A DNA stretch of 64,000 nt from Treponemataceae bacterium (GTDB lineage: Bacteria; Spirochaetota; Spirochaetia; Treponematales; Rectinemataceae). Under the pieces are notes generated by a model that was given only the letters and a program-made list of their open reading frames with translations, was not told the DNA's origin and made no database searches. The translations under genes were made by a program, and so were the position numbers. Where the stretch lies: NCBI GenBank assembly GCA_963677895.2, contig CAXXGJ010000017.1, positions 64,001 to 128,000 on the forward strand, written 5' to 3'. Positions within the stretch are counted from its first letter, which is position 1, and each line of letters begins with the position of its first letter. This document shows, piece after piece, positions 20,992-30,991 of the stretch.

Positions 20992-22500
20992 ATGAAAAGA
21001 GTATTTGTTGTAGCTATGGCTGTATGTTTCGTTTTGATGACAGCAGGTGCTACATGGGCGGCTGGGCCGTACAAGGATACAATTGTATTCGCTCAGGGTT
21101 CCGATATAACTTCACTGGATCCACATATCGGGAAACAGTTGCGCGCTTTTGCAGTGACATCAAACATGTTTGAACAGATAGTAAAGTTCGATGAAAACAT
21201 GCAGATCGTTCCGAGTTTAGCAAAAAGCTGGGAAAGAATTTCAAGTACTGAGATACAGTTCAAATTGCGAGAGGATGTAAAATGGCACGATGGCAGCCAG
21301 TTTACCGCCGATGATGTAAAGTTTAGTTACGATAGAATGATCGCAACACCAAACGTAGCAAACAACATTGCCTTCCTTGAATCATCAAAAGTGGTGGACA
21401 AATTCACAATCATATTAAAGACAAAGTATCCTTATGCACCGGTGTTAGCAGCATTAACAACTCCGCCATGCTCTATAGTACCAAAAAAAATAGTTGAGGC
21501 GAATCCGAAAGCATTTGCTCTCAACCCAATTGGTACTGGGCCATACAAATTCGTTGAATGGAAACCGGATGAGTATGTAAAGCTCGAGGCATTTGATGGA
21601 TATTACGGACAGAAAGCCAAAACAAAGTACGTAATGATGAAAGTAGTCCCTGAAAGCACTCAGCGAAGTATACAGCTAGAGACTGGCGAGATTGATGTGG
21701 CTTATGATATTCCCCCGAATGATGTTGTACGAATCCAAAACAGCAAAAAAATGACTTTACTCCAAGGAGAGTCGATGATGGTCTCTGACCTGAACATCAA
21801 CACTCAATCAAAAGGACCTCTTGGAAACAAGTTAGTTCGACAAGCTATAGCTTACGCAATCGATAGAAATTCTATTGTAAAGTATGTGCTTAGTGGAATA
21901 GGTATCCCTGGAACAATTTCAGTACCTCCTGCAGCGTTCGGATACAACGCAAATATTAAAGTACCTACTTATAATCTTGATAAAGCGAAAGCTCTCATGA
22001 AGCAAGCAGGTTATGCGAATGGATTCTCCTGTAGCGTATGGGTTGATGATGATCAGGTATATACTGAAGTCTGCACGGTGCTACAGAATCAACTCTCTGA
22101 AATTGGTATTACCCTTAAAATTGAAGTAATGAAACAGGCGACAAAGCTGAACAGGTTGGTTGAAAAGCAGGATTTCGATATGAATATTTCTTACTTCAAC
22201 AATCTAATAGGAGATGCTGACTACAATCTTTATAGCAATTACCATCCATCTTCCGCGAGTAACAACTCGTATTTCAACAACAAAGAGGTAACTGATCTCA
22301 TCATCAAAAGCCGAGAACAGTTCAAGGATAGCGACCGTAAAGCAATATTTGACAAGATATATAACATTCTGATGGATGAGACTCCAACAGTAGCACTTTA
22401 TTACAATAAGATGTGTGTTGGAATTTCCAATAAAGTTGAAGGATTTACCTTAAACAAAATTGGAGCTCATAAATATGTAAACGTCACAGTTAAAAAGTGA
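20992..22500 (+). CDS. Peptide ABC transporter substrate-binding protein (SBP family 5)
   Basis: Start re-assigned to MKRVFVV after AGGAGG; signal peptide; 'SLDPH', 'KWHDG', 'PIGTGPYKF'. Confidence 0.93.
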   Translation: MKRVFVVAMAVCFVLMTAGATWAAGPYKDTIVFAQGSDITSLDPHIGKQLRAFAVTSNMFEQIVKFDENMQIVPSLAKSWERISSTEIQFKLREDVKWHDGSQFTADDVKFSYDRMIATPNVANNIAFLESSKVVDKFTIILKTKYPYAPVLAALTTPPCSIVPKKIVEANPKAFALNPIGTGPYKFVEWKPDEYVKLEAFDGYYGQKAKTKYVMMKVVPESTQRSIQLETGEIDVAYDIPPNDVVRIQNSKKMTLLQGESMMVSDLNINTQSKGPLGNKLVRQAIAYAIDRNSIVKYVLSGIGIPGTISVPPAAFGYNANIKVPTYNLDKAKALMKQAGYANGFSCSVWVDDDQVYTEVCTVLQNQLSEIGITLKIEVMKQATKLNRLVEKQDFDMNISYFNNLIGDADYNLYSNYHPSSASNNSYFNNKEVTDLIIKSREQFKDSDRKAIFDKIYNILMDETPTVALYYNKMCVGISNKVEGFTLNKIGAHKYVNVTVKK

Positions 22501-22510
22501 TTGCAGTAAA

Positions 22511-22542
22511 ACTCGGGGCTAGCTATGATAGCGGCCCCGAGT
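22511..22542 (+). terminator. Stem-loop at the end of the dpp operon
   Basis: ACTCGGGGCT...GGCCCCGAGT inverted repeat. Confidence 0.65.
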
Positions 22543-22656
22543 CTTGATGTCAAACTGAAATTGCATATGAATAATAGTAAGCGTTCAAAGACTTATGCAA
22601 GAAAGAATAGCTTGTGTCTGCTAAGCTATAAGGTACAAAGAGCTCAGGTAACAGCC

Positions 22657-23223
22657 TCACACCCTCAACAAGCCGCGAAAACCTCGAACGCCATAATAGG
22701 ATTCTGCTCCATTGTGATACACGAAGACCCTGTCGTAGCGTCGATCGCCAAAAATCGCTCCCCCGAGTTTTCTTATCGCGGAAAGAGTATTTAGCCAGCT
22801 TGAAGTTTTCGTATCGAATTCCCCCAATTCTTGAAGTTTCCGATACTGGTCTTCCGTCAACAGTTCAATCCCCATGGCGGCTGCCATGTCGACCGCGGTA
22901 TTTTCCGGTTTATGCTCTTTTCTTGACTCGAGACCCTCACGGTCATAGCAGATGCTTCTTCGCCCTTTGGGACTTTCATCCGAGCAGTCGCAAAAAATGT
23001 ATTCATTCATCGCTTTGTCGAATCCGATGACATCAGGCTCGCCGCCAGTCTTTTCCATTTCGTTCAGCGACCAAAGCTTATCAGGGTTCGCGGCGATTTT
23101 CGCCTGAACTTCAACCCAACGCACGTCTTTATGACGGTTCATGTATTTATCGAATCGGGACTTCAGTGATTTCAGCAATGTCTCCCGCTGTTCCAGAGTA
23201 ACGCTTTTCGAACTGTTCATCAT
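22657..23223 (-). CDS. Conserved hypothetical protein (DUF4256-like)
   Basis: 'METGGEPDV'-like, 'DCSDESPKGRRSICYD', 'YHNGAESYYGVRGFRG' recognised as DUF4256-type motifs. Confidence 0.8.
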   Translation of the reverse strand: MMNSSKSVTLEQRETLLKSLKSRFDKYMNRHKDVRWVEVQAKIAANPDKLWSLNEMEKTGGEPDVIGFDKAMNEYIFCDCSDESPKGRRSICYDREGLESRKEHKPENTAVDMAAAMGIELLTEDQYRKLQELGEFDTKTSSWLNTLSAIRKLGGAIFGDRRYDRVFVYHNGAESYYGVRGFRGLLRV

Positions 23224-23273
23224 CTCCTCCTTCTTTCATCGCCTTCTGCGAATATAACACTTATATAATGTAT

Positions 23274-23909
23274 TCATAAAAGGCTTGGAGATCGAGTTAA
23301 AAGCCAGCCGAATTCGGCGAGGATCATCGCGGTGAGCCCCCAGACTATCCTTCCCTCGAAATTGTAGCAGGGTACCGACCAGTCCTTGTCGTCGCGCCGC
23401 ATGGGAAAGGTTGAGATGGATGCCGGGTCCATCAGCGCCGCCAGGGGAATCTCGAACAGATCGTCCACTTCCTCCCGCTGAAGGCGATAGACGGGCATTT
23501 CCTCGGCGAAAGCGATGAAAGGGTGAACATGATAGCCTGAAGGCAGGGCCGAGATTTCGCTCAAGGCACCAAGGACCGACGATTCTGGCAGCCTGACGCC
23601 GATCTCTTCCTCCGTTTCGCGCAGCGCCGCGTCAAGGGGACTTTCGCCCGGCTCGAGGGCGCCGCCGGGGAAGGCTATCTGCCCGGCATGGTGCCTCAGG
23701 CTGCCGGGCCGTTCGATCAGAGGGAAGACTAATCCGTCGCGCGACGGATGCAGAAGGATCAGCACCGAAGCTTCACGGAATCCTTCCCTTTCTCGTCGCG
23801 GAACGAGCCCTTCATCTCCCCTGAAAGGAGGCGCCATGAACCTCCAGGCGTCGATGCCGGGCAGGTGCCTGAGAAGAGCCCGCCTTATGTCGCGACATTC
23901 GTCGCTCAA
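23274..23909 (-). CDS. Nudix hydrolase, CoA pyrophosphatase type
   Basis: 'HAGQIAFPGG', Nudix box 'ALRETEEEIG', 'VWGLTA'. Confidence 0.9.
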   Translation of the reverse strand: MSDECRDIRRALLRHLPGIDAWRFMAPPFRGDEGLVPRREREGFREASVLILLHPSRDGLVFPLIERPGSLRHHAGQIAFPGGALEPGESPLDAALRETEEEIGVRLPESSVLGALSEISALPSGYHVHPFIAFAEEMPVYRLQREEVDDLFEIPLAALMDPASISTFPMRRDDKDWSVPCYNFEGRIVWGLTAMILAEFGWLLTRSPSLL

Positions 23910-25798
23910 GCGCTCTCCAGCTTCTCGAACTGGCTGTTGTAGAGGTTCGCGTAGAATCCGCCGGCGGCGATGAGGCTCTCATGGGTGCCCTGCTCGACGA
24001 TGTCGCCGTGGTCCATCACGAGGATCCAGTCGGCGTCCCGTATGGTCGACAGGCGGTGGGCTATGATGAAACTCGTCCTGCCCTTCATGAGCACGCTCAT
24101 CGCTTTCTGTATGAGGACCTCGGTGTGGGTGTCCACCGAGCTCGTCGCCTCGTCGAGGATGAGCATCGGGGGGTTGGCGAGTATGGCCCTCGCTATGGTG
24201 AGAAGCTGCTTCTGGCCCTGCGAGATGTTGGTCGTTTCCTCGTTGAGCTCAGTCTGGTAGCCCTGCGGGAAGGCCCTGATGAAGTGGTCCACATGGGCCG
24301 CCTTGGCCGCTTCGACGACCTCCTCTTCGGAGGCGCCGATTTTTCCGTAGCGGATGTTGTCGAGGATGCTGCCGTTGAAAAGCCATGTATCCTGAAGCAC
24401 CATGCCGAACATACGCCGCAGATCGGCCCTCGCATACTCGCGGATATCCTTGCCGTCTATAAGAATGGCCCCTTCCTTCACGTCGTAGAAACGCATGAGG
24501 AGCTTCACGAGCGTCGTCTTGCCGGCGCCCGTCGGCCCCACGATGGCGACCCGCTTTCCGGGAGCTACCTTCGCCGAGAAGTCGTCGATGATGATTTTAT
24601 CTTCGAGATAACCGAAATGGACATTCCTGAACTCGACCGCTCCCTCGACCTTCGCGGGTTTCCGGGCATCGGCGTTGTCCGCCGCTTCCTCGGCCTCTTC
24701 CAGGAATTCGAATACCCTCTCGGCCGAAGCGGCCGTCTGCTGCAGGACGTTGGAAATGTTCGCGATCTGGCTTATCGGCTGCGTGAATGAGCGGACATAC
24801 TGGATGAATGCCTGGATATCGCCGAGGCTTATCGCTTTCTTGGCCGCGAGGTAGCCGCCCACGATGGTGACGCCCACATAGCCGAGATTCCCCACGAAGT
24901 TCATCATGGGCATCATGATTCCAGAGAGGAATTGGGATTTCCACGCCGAATGGTAGAGCGAGTCGTTGATGCCTTCGAACTTCGCTATGTTCTTCGCTTC
25001 GCCGTTGAAGGCTTTTACCACGGCATGGCTGCCGAACATTTCCTCGATATGGCCGTTCGCGTGGCCGAGAAATTCCTGCTGCTGCTTGAAGTACTTCTGC
25101 GACTGGTTGACGATGAGCCGGATCAGGACCATCGACAGCGGTAGGATGAGAAGAGCGACGAGGGTCATCTGCCAGCTTATGGTCAGCATCATCACGAGAA
25201 CGCCCAGGACGGTGACGAGCGAAGTGATCATCTGCGTCAGGCTCTGGCTCAAGGTCTGGTTGACCGTGTCCACATCGTTGGTCATGCGTGAGAGCACCTC
25301 GCCGTGGCTCGTGCCGTCGAAATACCTGAGCGGCATCCTGTTGATCTTGGCGAGTATATCCTTGCGGAATTGATAGGTGATCTTGATCGAAACACCTGAC
25401 ATGATCCAGCCCTGGATGTAGCTGAAGAACGCCGACACGAGGTAAAGCCCCAGGACGCCGAGCAGGATCCTGCCGATGGCCGGAAGATCGATGCCGCCGG
25501 ATTTCCCGGCCATCTGCGCCATGACGCCTTCGAAGAGTTTGGTCGTCGCCTTGCCCAGGATTTTGGGACCGAGTATGGAAAATACCGTGGAAGCGACCGC
25601 GAATATAAACACGATTACTATCGGGAGCTTGAATGGACCGAGGTAACCGATGAGCTTTTTCATCGTACCCTTGAAATTGCGGGCTTTTTCGCCCTTCATT
25701 ATGGCAGCCGGGCCGCCGGGGCCACCTCTGCCGAAAGCCGTTCCGGGACGCATCCCCGATCTGCCCGTCTGTCCTGTCGGATTATGCATGTCACTCAT
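23906..25798 (-). CDS. ABC exporter ATP-binding/permease subunit (heterodimeric multidrug type)
   Basis: TMD plus NBD: GPTGAGKT, ISQGQ, LDEATSS, IAHRL. Confidence 0.93.
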   Translation of the reverse strand: MSDMHNPTGQTGRSGMRPGTAFGRGGPGGPAAIMKGEKARNFKGTMKKLIGYLGPFKLPIVIVFIFAVASTVFSILGPKILGKATTKLFEGVMAQMAGKSGGIDLPAIGRILLGVLGLYLVSAFFSYIQGWIMSGVSIKITYQFRKDILAKINRMPLRYFDGTSHGEVLSRMTNDVDTVNQTLSQSLTQMITSLVTVLGVLVMMLTISWQMTLVALLILPLSMVLIRLIVNQSQKYFKQQQEFLGHANGHIEEMFGSHAVVKAFNGEAKNIAKFEGINDSLYHSAWKSQFLSGIMMPMMNFVGNLGYVGVTIVGGYLAAKKAISLGDIQAFIQYVRSFTQPISQIANISNVLQQTAASAERVFEFLEEAEEAADNADARKPAKVEGAVEFRNVHFGYLEDKIIIDDFSAKVAPGKRVAIVGPTGAGKTTLVKLLMRFYDVKEGAILIDGKDIREYARADLRRMFGMVLQDTWLFNGSILDNIRYGKIGASEEEVVEAAKAAHVDHFIRAFPQGYQTELNEETTNISQGQKQLLTIARAILANPPMLILDEATSSVDTHTEVLIQKAMSVLMKGRTSFIIAHRLSTIRDADWILVMDHGDIVEQGTHESLIAAGGFYANLYNSQFEKLESA

Positions 25799-27870
25799 GC
25801 CAGTTCCTCCTGCTTCAGCTGCGACATCGCGATATCGCGGTAGACTTCGCAGGTTTCCATGAGTTCATGGTGCGTGCCCTGCCCCACGAGCCGGCCCTCG
25901 TCGAGGACGAGTATCTGGTCGGCCTGTTTTATGGCGGCGACGCGCTGGGTTACCAGAAGTATGGTGCTCTGGCTCAAGGATGCCTTGAGCGCCTGCCTCA
26001 GGAGCGTATCGGTCTTGAAATCGAGGGCCGAAAAGCTGTCGTCGAAAATATAGATTGGTGCCTTCTTGACGATGGCGCGCGCGATCGTCAGGCGCTGTCT
26101 CTGGCCGCCCGACACGTTGCCGCCCCCCTGGGAAATCTCGAGGCCAATACCTTCCGGTTTCACGTCGACAAATTCCTTCGCCTGGGAAATCTCGAGGGCG
26201 AGCGCCATATCTTCCCTGGAGGCATTCTCGTCGGCATAGAGCAGATTGCTTTCGACCGTGCCCGAGAAAAGCGAAGCCTTCTGCGGCACGAAGCCGATCT
26301 TCGAGCGCAGCGCTTCCTGCGAAACCGCCCTGACATCGATGCCTCCGACCCTGATCGAGCCCTCGGTCGCGTCGTAGAAGCGCGGGATGAGGCTCACCAG
26401 GGTGGACTTGCCCGATCCCGTCGTGCCGATGATGGCTGTCGTCTGGCCGGGCTTCGCCGTGAAGCTGATTTTGCTCAATACATCATCGGTCGCTCCCGGG
26501 TAGCGGAAACTCACGTCCTTGAATTCGATGGTACCTGCGAAATCAGCGCCGTAGACGAGAGGAGTCTTGGGATCGACGATGCTCGGCTCGGTGGCGAGCA
26601 CTTCCGCTATTCTGTCGGCCGAAACCGAGGCTCTCGGCAGGATGATGAACATCATCGAGAGCATGATGAAGGCGAAGAATATCTGCATGGCGTACTGCAT
26701 GAACGCCATCATGTCGCCGACCCTGATCTGCGAAAGGGCTACTTCATGAGCCCCCGTCCAGACGATGAGGAGGGACACGAGGTTCATGATGAGCATCATG
26801 AGAGGCATGAGGACTACCATGACCCGCGTCACGAAGAGCATCGTTCCCGTCAGGTCCCTGTTCGCCTTGTCGAATCGCTCCTCCTCCCGACCCTGCATGG
26901 CGAAGGCGCGGATGACCATCATGCCTGACAGGTTCTCCCTCACGACGAGGTTGAGTTTGTCGATGAGTTTCTGGATGCTCTTGAACTTGGGCAGGGCTAT
27001 CGCGAAAACGACCGCGATGACGCCGAGGATGATGGACACCGCCAGCGCTATGATCCACCACATGGAGGAAGCCTTCCCCGTCGCCCTTATGACGCCGCCT
27101 ATGCCGATGATCGGCGCGTAGAAGAACATCCGCAATCCCATGACCGTGACCATCTGCATCTGCGTGATGTCGTTGGTCGAGCGGGTGATGAGCGAGGCGG
27201 TGGAGTATTTGTCCAGTTCGGCGAAGGAGAAATTCTCGACCTTCCGGAAGAGGTTCACGCGCAGGTCCCGGGCGAAACCCGCCGCCGTGCGCGCTCCGAG
27301 GAAGCCGACGATGACGGTGGCGACGACGGAGACGAGAGTCAATAGAAGCATGAGACCGCCTACCGAAAGAATGTAGGAAGTCTGCAGGGCGACGGTATCC
27401 ATGCCCAACCTTTCGTATTCACCCTTGACGGCCTGGACGCCCATCTGGGTGATGACGGAAGGATCGATGCCCGTCATCCTGGACGAAATCGCGCCCAACA
27501 TCAGCGCGTTGAGACGGCTCCTCGCCGTCGCGTCTATCTTTTTCAGGATATAGAGAGGCTCGCTCCCTGCGTTGGGATATTTTTTGAGAAGAGCCTGGTG
27601 GGCTTCAGAGCCCGGCTCGAAGCGATCGTAGGCCGCGAGGATGGCGGCGCCCTCCTCCGGGGAGGTGAGCTTGAGGACCATGTCGAACTTGTTCCCGCCC
27701 ATCGCCTGAGGCAGGGAATCTTCGATACCGCCCTGCTGGATGCCAGTGTTCACGATCCTCGACATGTAGTCGGGCAGCGCCAGATCGGCGTTGGCCTGGA
27801 GAAAGAGCAGAACGACGATAAGGACGATCGAAGCCACATAAGGCTTCAGATAACGCATCAATCGCATCAT
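25795..27870 (-). CDS. ABC exporter ATP-binding/permease subunit (degenerate-site partner)
   Basis: GTTGSGKS, VSGGQ; Walker B 'FDDSFS' and 'TQR' switch, typical of the degenerate half. Confidence 0.93.
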   Translation of the reverse strand: MMRLMRYLKPYVASIVLIVVLLFLQANADLALPDYMSRIVNTGIQQGGIEDSLPQAMGGNKFDMVLKLTSPEEGAAILAAYDRFEPGSEAHQALLKKYPNAGSEPLYILKKIDATARSRLNALMLGAISSRMTGIDPSVITQMGVQAVKGEYERLGMDTVALQTSYILSVGGLMLLLTLVSVVATVIVGFLGARTAAGFARDLRVNLFRKVENFSFAELDKYSTASLITRSTNDITQMQMVTVMGLRMFFYAPIIGIGGVIRATGKASSMWWIIALAVSIILGVIAVVFAIALPKFKSIQKLIDKLNLVVRENLSGMMVIRAFAMQGREEERFDKANRDLTGTMLFVTRVMVVLMPLMMLIMNLVSLLIVWTGAHEVALSQIRVGDMMAFMQYAMQIFFAFIMLSMMFIILPRASVSADRIAEVLATEPSIVDPKTPLVYGADFAGTIEFKDVSFRYPGATDDVLSKISFTAKPGQTTAIIGTTGSGKSTLVSLIPRFYDATEGSIRVGGIDVRAVSQEALRSKIGFVPQKASLFSGTVESNLLYADENASREDMALALEISQAKEFVDVKPEGIGLEISQGGGNVSGGQRQRLTIARAIVKKAPIYIFDDSFSALDFKTDTLLRQALKASLSQSTILLVTQRVAAIKQADQILVLDEGRLVGQGTHHELMETCEVYRDIAMSQLKQEELA

Positions 27871-28358
27871 GAGTGTATGGTTCCTTCTCCCTCGCAGTGG
27901 GGATTCTTCACATTACCTTCAAGGGCCCTGGCCTTTCCTACGAGCATGGCTATGGTTTCGTTCGCGGCGCGCCTTTCTTCCATAGACAGGGAATCGACGA
28001 GATCTTTGATCCAGCGCTGACGCACATGGATGCCTTTCTGGAGGAAGGCCTGCCCTTTGTCGGTCAAGGTAAGGCATTTGCCGCGCCTGTCATCGGGATT
28101 TTCGCTGCGCTGTATGAAACCTTGCTGGACCAGCCGGTCCAGCATCTGGCTCGCGGCGGCGCTCGAGACCTGGAGGTCCTCGCCGACATCGGCTACGCCG
28201 CAGCGCCCGTTTCGCTTGATCTTGAAGAGGGCGACGGTCTGCGACATCGACAGCCCATTCTCTTTCGTGTAGTGGACGAGGCCGTGCATGGAGTGGCGCA
28301 TGACCAGCCGGGTCCACTCCCCCATCGTCTCCAGAAATTCCGTTTCGTTGGGCAACAT
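27867..28358 (-). CDS. MarR-family transcriptional regulator
   Basis: 'LQVSSAAASQMLDRLV', 'DRRGKCLTLT'; overlaps the ABC start (ATGA). Confidence 0.9.
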   Translation of the reverse strand: MLPNETEFLETMGEWTRLVMRHSMHGLVHYTKENGLSMSQTVALFKIKRNGRCGVADVGEDLQVSSAAASQMLDRLVQQGFIQRSENPDDRRGKCLTLTDKGQAFLQKGIHVRQRWIKDLVDSLSMEERRAANETIAMLVGKARALEGNVKNPHCEGEGTIHS

Positions 28359-28369
28359 AAGATCCTTAA

Positions 28370-28391
28370 ATAATTAAGATTACTTAATTAT
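28370..28391. promoter_or_regulatory. Putative MarR operator
   Basis: Palindrome ATAATTAAG-ATTA-CTTAATTAT immediately upstream of the marR start. Confidence 0.65.
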
Positions 28392-28429
28392 AAAGAAATC
28401 TTTTATTTTAGTCAACTTGTCCGCGTCAT

Positions 28430-29038
28430 CTAGGCAGGGCGCTGGATGGCGTTGAAATAGTCCTCCACGAGAAGGGCGACGCATTCTTCTTCGCTCTTCC
28501 CCACCGATGGCGCGGAAATGACTCCAGGCGCGACGGCGGGACAGACCATGGCGGCGAAAAGCGCCTCGGTGCGCACCCGGAGCGTCCAGTCAGGATCGAT
28601 GCCGAGGGCAGCGGCCACGCGGAGCTCGCATTCGGCGACGAATTCCCAGAAGTTCGATCCAGCGCGCGACGATGAGAGGGAAGCGTCCGCGCGGCCGCCG
28701 TCCAGCGCGCCCAGGAAGTGGAGTCGCGTCACGGTCGGATAGCGCAGGGCTCCAAGGCGCAGAAAGGTGGCGATTTCCAGGATCCCGGCCTTGGGGTCCC
28801 ATGGCTGAACGTTCAGGAAGCCCTGAAGATCCTCGAGAGCGTTCTTCCATGAAGCGGCCAAGGCAGCCGCCATGAGGGCGTCCTTCGTTCGGTAGTGATA
28901 GTTGATGGCCGCGAGATTGACCTTAGCCTCCGTCGAGATGGCTCTGGCCGTCGCGGCCTCGATACCCTTCTTCTCTATGATGTCGATCGCGGCGGCAAGG
29001 ATTCTCTCCCTTGTGCCTTCTTCGTTTTTCTCAGGCAT
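28430..29038 (-). CDS. TetR/AcrR-family transcriptional regulator
   Basis: 'TRERILAAA', HTH 'TARAISTEAKVNLAAINYHY'. Confidence 0.9.
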   Translation of the reverse strand: MPEKNEEGTRERILAAAIDIIEKKGIEAATARAISTEAKVNLAAINYHYRTKDALMAAALAASWKNALEDLQGFLNVQPWDPKAGILEIATFLRLGALRYPTVTRLHFLGALDGGRADASLSSSRAGSNFWEFVAECELRVAAALGIDPDWTLRVRTEALFAAMVCPAVAPGVISAPSVGKSEEECVALLVEDYFNAIQRPA

Positions 29039-29948
29039 CGCTTCCCCCTTGGCCGCCGCCGAGCGCCTTCTCCACCATCGCTTCGCTCAATTCCCAGAGC
29101 CGGCGCGCGGCGGCCGCGTCATAGGAGCGGCGGGACGATCGCAGCGGAACGGCGTCGCGCCAGTACAGCCCCGTTCGTCCCGCCGCTTCCGGCGAAGAAA
29201 GGAGCGCGGCTATCCCCGAAGCCGGCCGAGCCGGACTCGTGCCGCCTCTCCTTCTCAGGCTCCAGAAAAGCCCGGTGAGACCCCGCGCGTGCTTCTGTCC
29301 CATATCGGTGTTGACAAGCCCCGGATCTATGGTGAAGACCGTCGGCTTTCCTTCTCCCGATCCAGCCTTGAGCGCGCCAGTTTCCAGCCTGCGAGCGAGT
29401 TCGTAGGAGAACAGCACGTTGGCCAGCTTCGACTGTTCGTAAGCCCATAGGCTTAAATATTTCCCCTCGAGGCTGGGATCATTCCAGCGTATCCATCCAT
29501 AGTAATGCGATCCCGAACTGACGGTCGCGATCCTGGAGCCGGCGCTCATCGCGGGCAGAAGTTTTGTCGTGAGGAGGAAAGGAGCGAGGTGATTGACGGC
29601 GAACTGCGTCTCCAGGCCTTCCGCCGTGAGCGTTCTCTTTGCGGTGTAGACACCCGCGCAGTTCACGAGAGCGTCGATAGGCTTGCCGGAATCGGCGAGA
29701 CGCGAGGCGAGATCGGCCACTTCGGTCATGAGACTCAGGTCGGCGAGCTCCTGTTGCGGGGGAGGCGCTCCCGCCTTTCCCGCCGCGCTCTCAAAAGCCT
29801 TGGCGGCAGCGGCCGTCCGCCCCGGATCGCGCCCGACGAAGACCAATTCGGCTCCTAGCCCCAGGAGCGCCTCGACCGTGGCATAGCCGATGCCCGATGT
29901 CGCCCCCGTGACGACGCAGCGCTTTCCCTTCAACGAACTGGCATTCAT
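29031..29948 (-). CDS. Short-chain dehydrogenase/reductase (retinol-dehydrogenase-like)
   Basis: TGATSGIG, 'FAVNHLAPFLLT', YEQSK; start could be 29963. Confidence 0.88.
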   Translation of the reverse strand: MNASSLKGKRCVVTGATSGIGYATVEALLGLGAELVFVGRDPGRTAAAAKAFESAAGKAGAPPPQQELADLSLMTEVADLASRLADSGKPIDALVNCAGVYTAKRTLTAEGLETQFAVNHLAPFLLTTKLLPAMSAGSRIATVSSGSHYYGWIRWNDPSLEGKYLSLWAYEQSKLANVLFSYELARRLETGALKAGSGEGKPTVFTIDPGLVNTDMGQKHARGLTGLFWSLRRRGGTSPARPASGIAALLSSPEAAGRTGLYWRDAVPLRSSRRSYDAAAARRLWELSEAMVEKALGGGQGGSDA

Positions 29949-30076
29949 CCCGCACCTCCGCATGATGTCATAAAAAAAGTAGCAGAATTGAAGGCTAGCG
30001 TCAAGTCTTGTTTTATACGATTGTTTTAAACATTGTTTGACATTTTATTAGGAGTGAGATATATTGAATCACACGT

Positions 30077-30094
30077 TTCAAACAGATGTTTTAA
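30077..30094. promoter_or_regulatory. Putative TetR operator in the divergent SDR promoter region
   Basis: TTCAAACA-GA-TGTTTTAA; related AAACA/TGTTT half-sites recur at 30021-30040. Confidence 0.5.
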
Positions 30095-30109
30095 TACGGA
30101 GTAAAAGCG

Positions 30110-30991
30110 ATGGAAAAAGCAGCAGAATTCGCTGTCGTCACCGGCGCGAGCCAAGGCTTGGGAAAGGCCTTCGCCGATACATTATCGACCAAAGGCTGGA
30201 ACCTCATACTGGTCGCTCTTCCGGGAACGGGTCTGCCGGTCTTCGCGGAGGAGCTGCGCCGTCTCCATGGCTCGATCGTCTTCGCCCTCGAGCTGGATCT
30301 CTCCACGGCAAGCGCCCAGCAAGAATTTCTCGCCTTCGCCCTCGCCGACGAAAGACCCGTCTCCCTCCTCGTCAACAACATGGGCATAGGCGACAACGGT
30401 CTTTTCGATCTCATCCCCATAGAGTTCCAGCGGAGAGTCGTCGACGTAAACATCCAGGCCACCATGGCCATCACCTACGGCCTCGTCGAAAGACTCGCCG
30501 CGAGCAAGGGCAGAATCCTCACCGTCGCAAGCCTGGCGGCCTTCTACCCCATGCCGCTTTTCGCGGTCTATGCCGCGAGCAAATCCTTCCTTCTTCACTG
30601 GAGCATAGCCCTCAGACATGAACTCGCTCCCCTCGGCATCTCGGTCACCGCCCTCACGCCGGGAGGAATCTATACGAGCGAGGCGATCAGGGAGAAGACG
30701 AATTCACAAGGCTTTTTCGGCCGCCTCTCATCGAAGGAACCTGCCCAAGTCGCCCAGACGGCCCTGCGGGGTGCTTTCGCGGGCAAAGCCCTCGTCGTGC
30801 CGGGATTTTTCAACAAGACTCTGATGGTGCTGGGAAGCAGATCGCCCAAGGACATGACGGCGAAGGCAATATTTAGGCGTTGGCGCGGCGCCCTGGGGAA
30901 GGTGAAGGAAAGCCATGACTGCGGCTGGTTCAATCGGCCCGCGCCGAAGCTCAGGCATGACTTAGCCGAACAGCATCACTTCGTCGAATAA
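30110..30991 (+). CDS. Short-chain dehydrogenase/reductase
   Basis: TGASQGLG, 'LVNNMG', YAASK. Confidence 0.9.
   Translation: MEKAAEFAVVTGASQGLGKAFADTLSTKGWNLILVALPGTGLPVFAEELRRLHGSIVFALELDLSTASAQQEFLAFALADERPVSLLVNNMGIGDNGLFDLIPIEFQRRVVDVNIQATMAITYGLVERLAASKGRILTVASLAAFYPMPLFAVYAASKSFLLHWSIALRHELAPLGISVTALTPGGIYTSEAIREKTNSQGFFGRLSSKEPAQVAQTALRGAFAGKALVVPGFFNKTLMVLGSRSPKDMTAKAIFRRWRGALGKVKESHDCGWFNRPAPKLRHDLAEQHHFVE

Larger units (their letters stand above)
12841..23270. other. AT-rich, probably horizontally acquired segment (hydrolases, Crp/Fnr regulator, Dpp transporter, DUF4256-like gene)
   Basis: Abrupt visible drop in GC and shift to A/T-ending codons after the groEL terminator, returning to GC-rich near 23.3 kb; no integrase or IS seen; boundaries approximate. 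Confidence 0.75.

Noticed and set aside
22525..22794. 89-aa plus-strand ORF after the dpp operon
   Set aside because: Starts inside the terminator hairpin, overlaps the DUF4256-like gene on the other strand, no RBS
12755..23273. Calling the AT-rich block a mobile element
   Set aside because: No integrase, transposase, att-like direct repeats or terminal inverted repeats found by eye; reported only as a compositional island
25795..27870. Non-canonical Walker B (FDD) and switch (TQR) as a sign of pseudogenisation
   Set aside because: Normal for the degenerate subunit of heterodimeric ABC exporters
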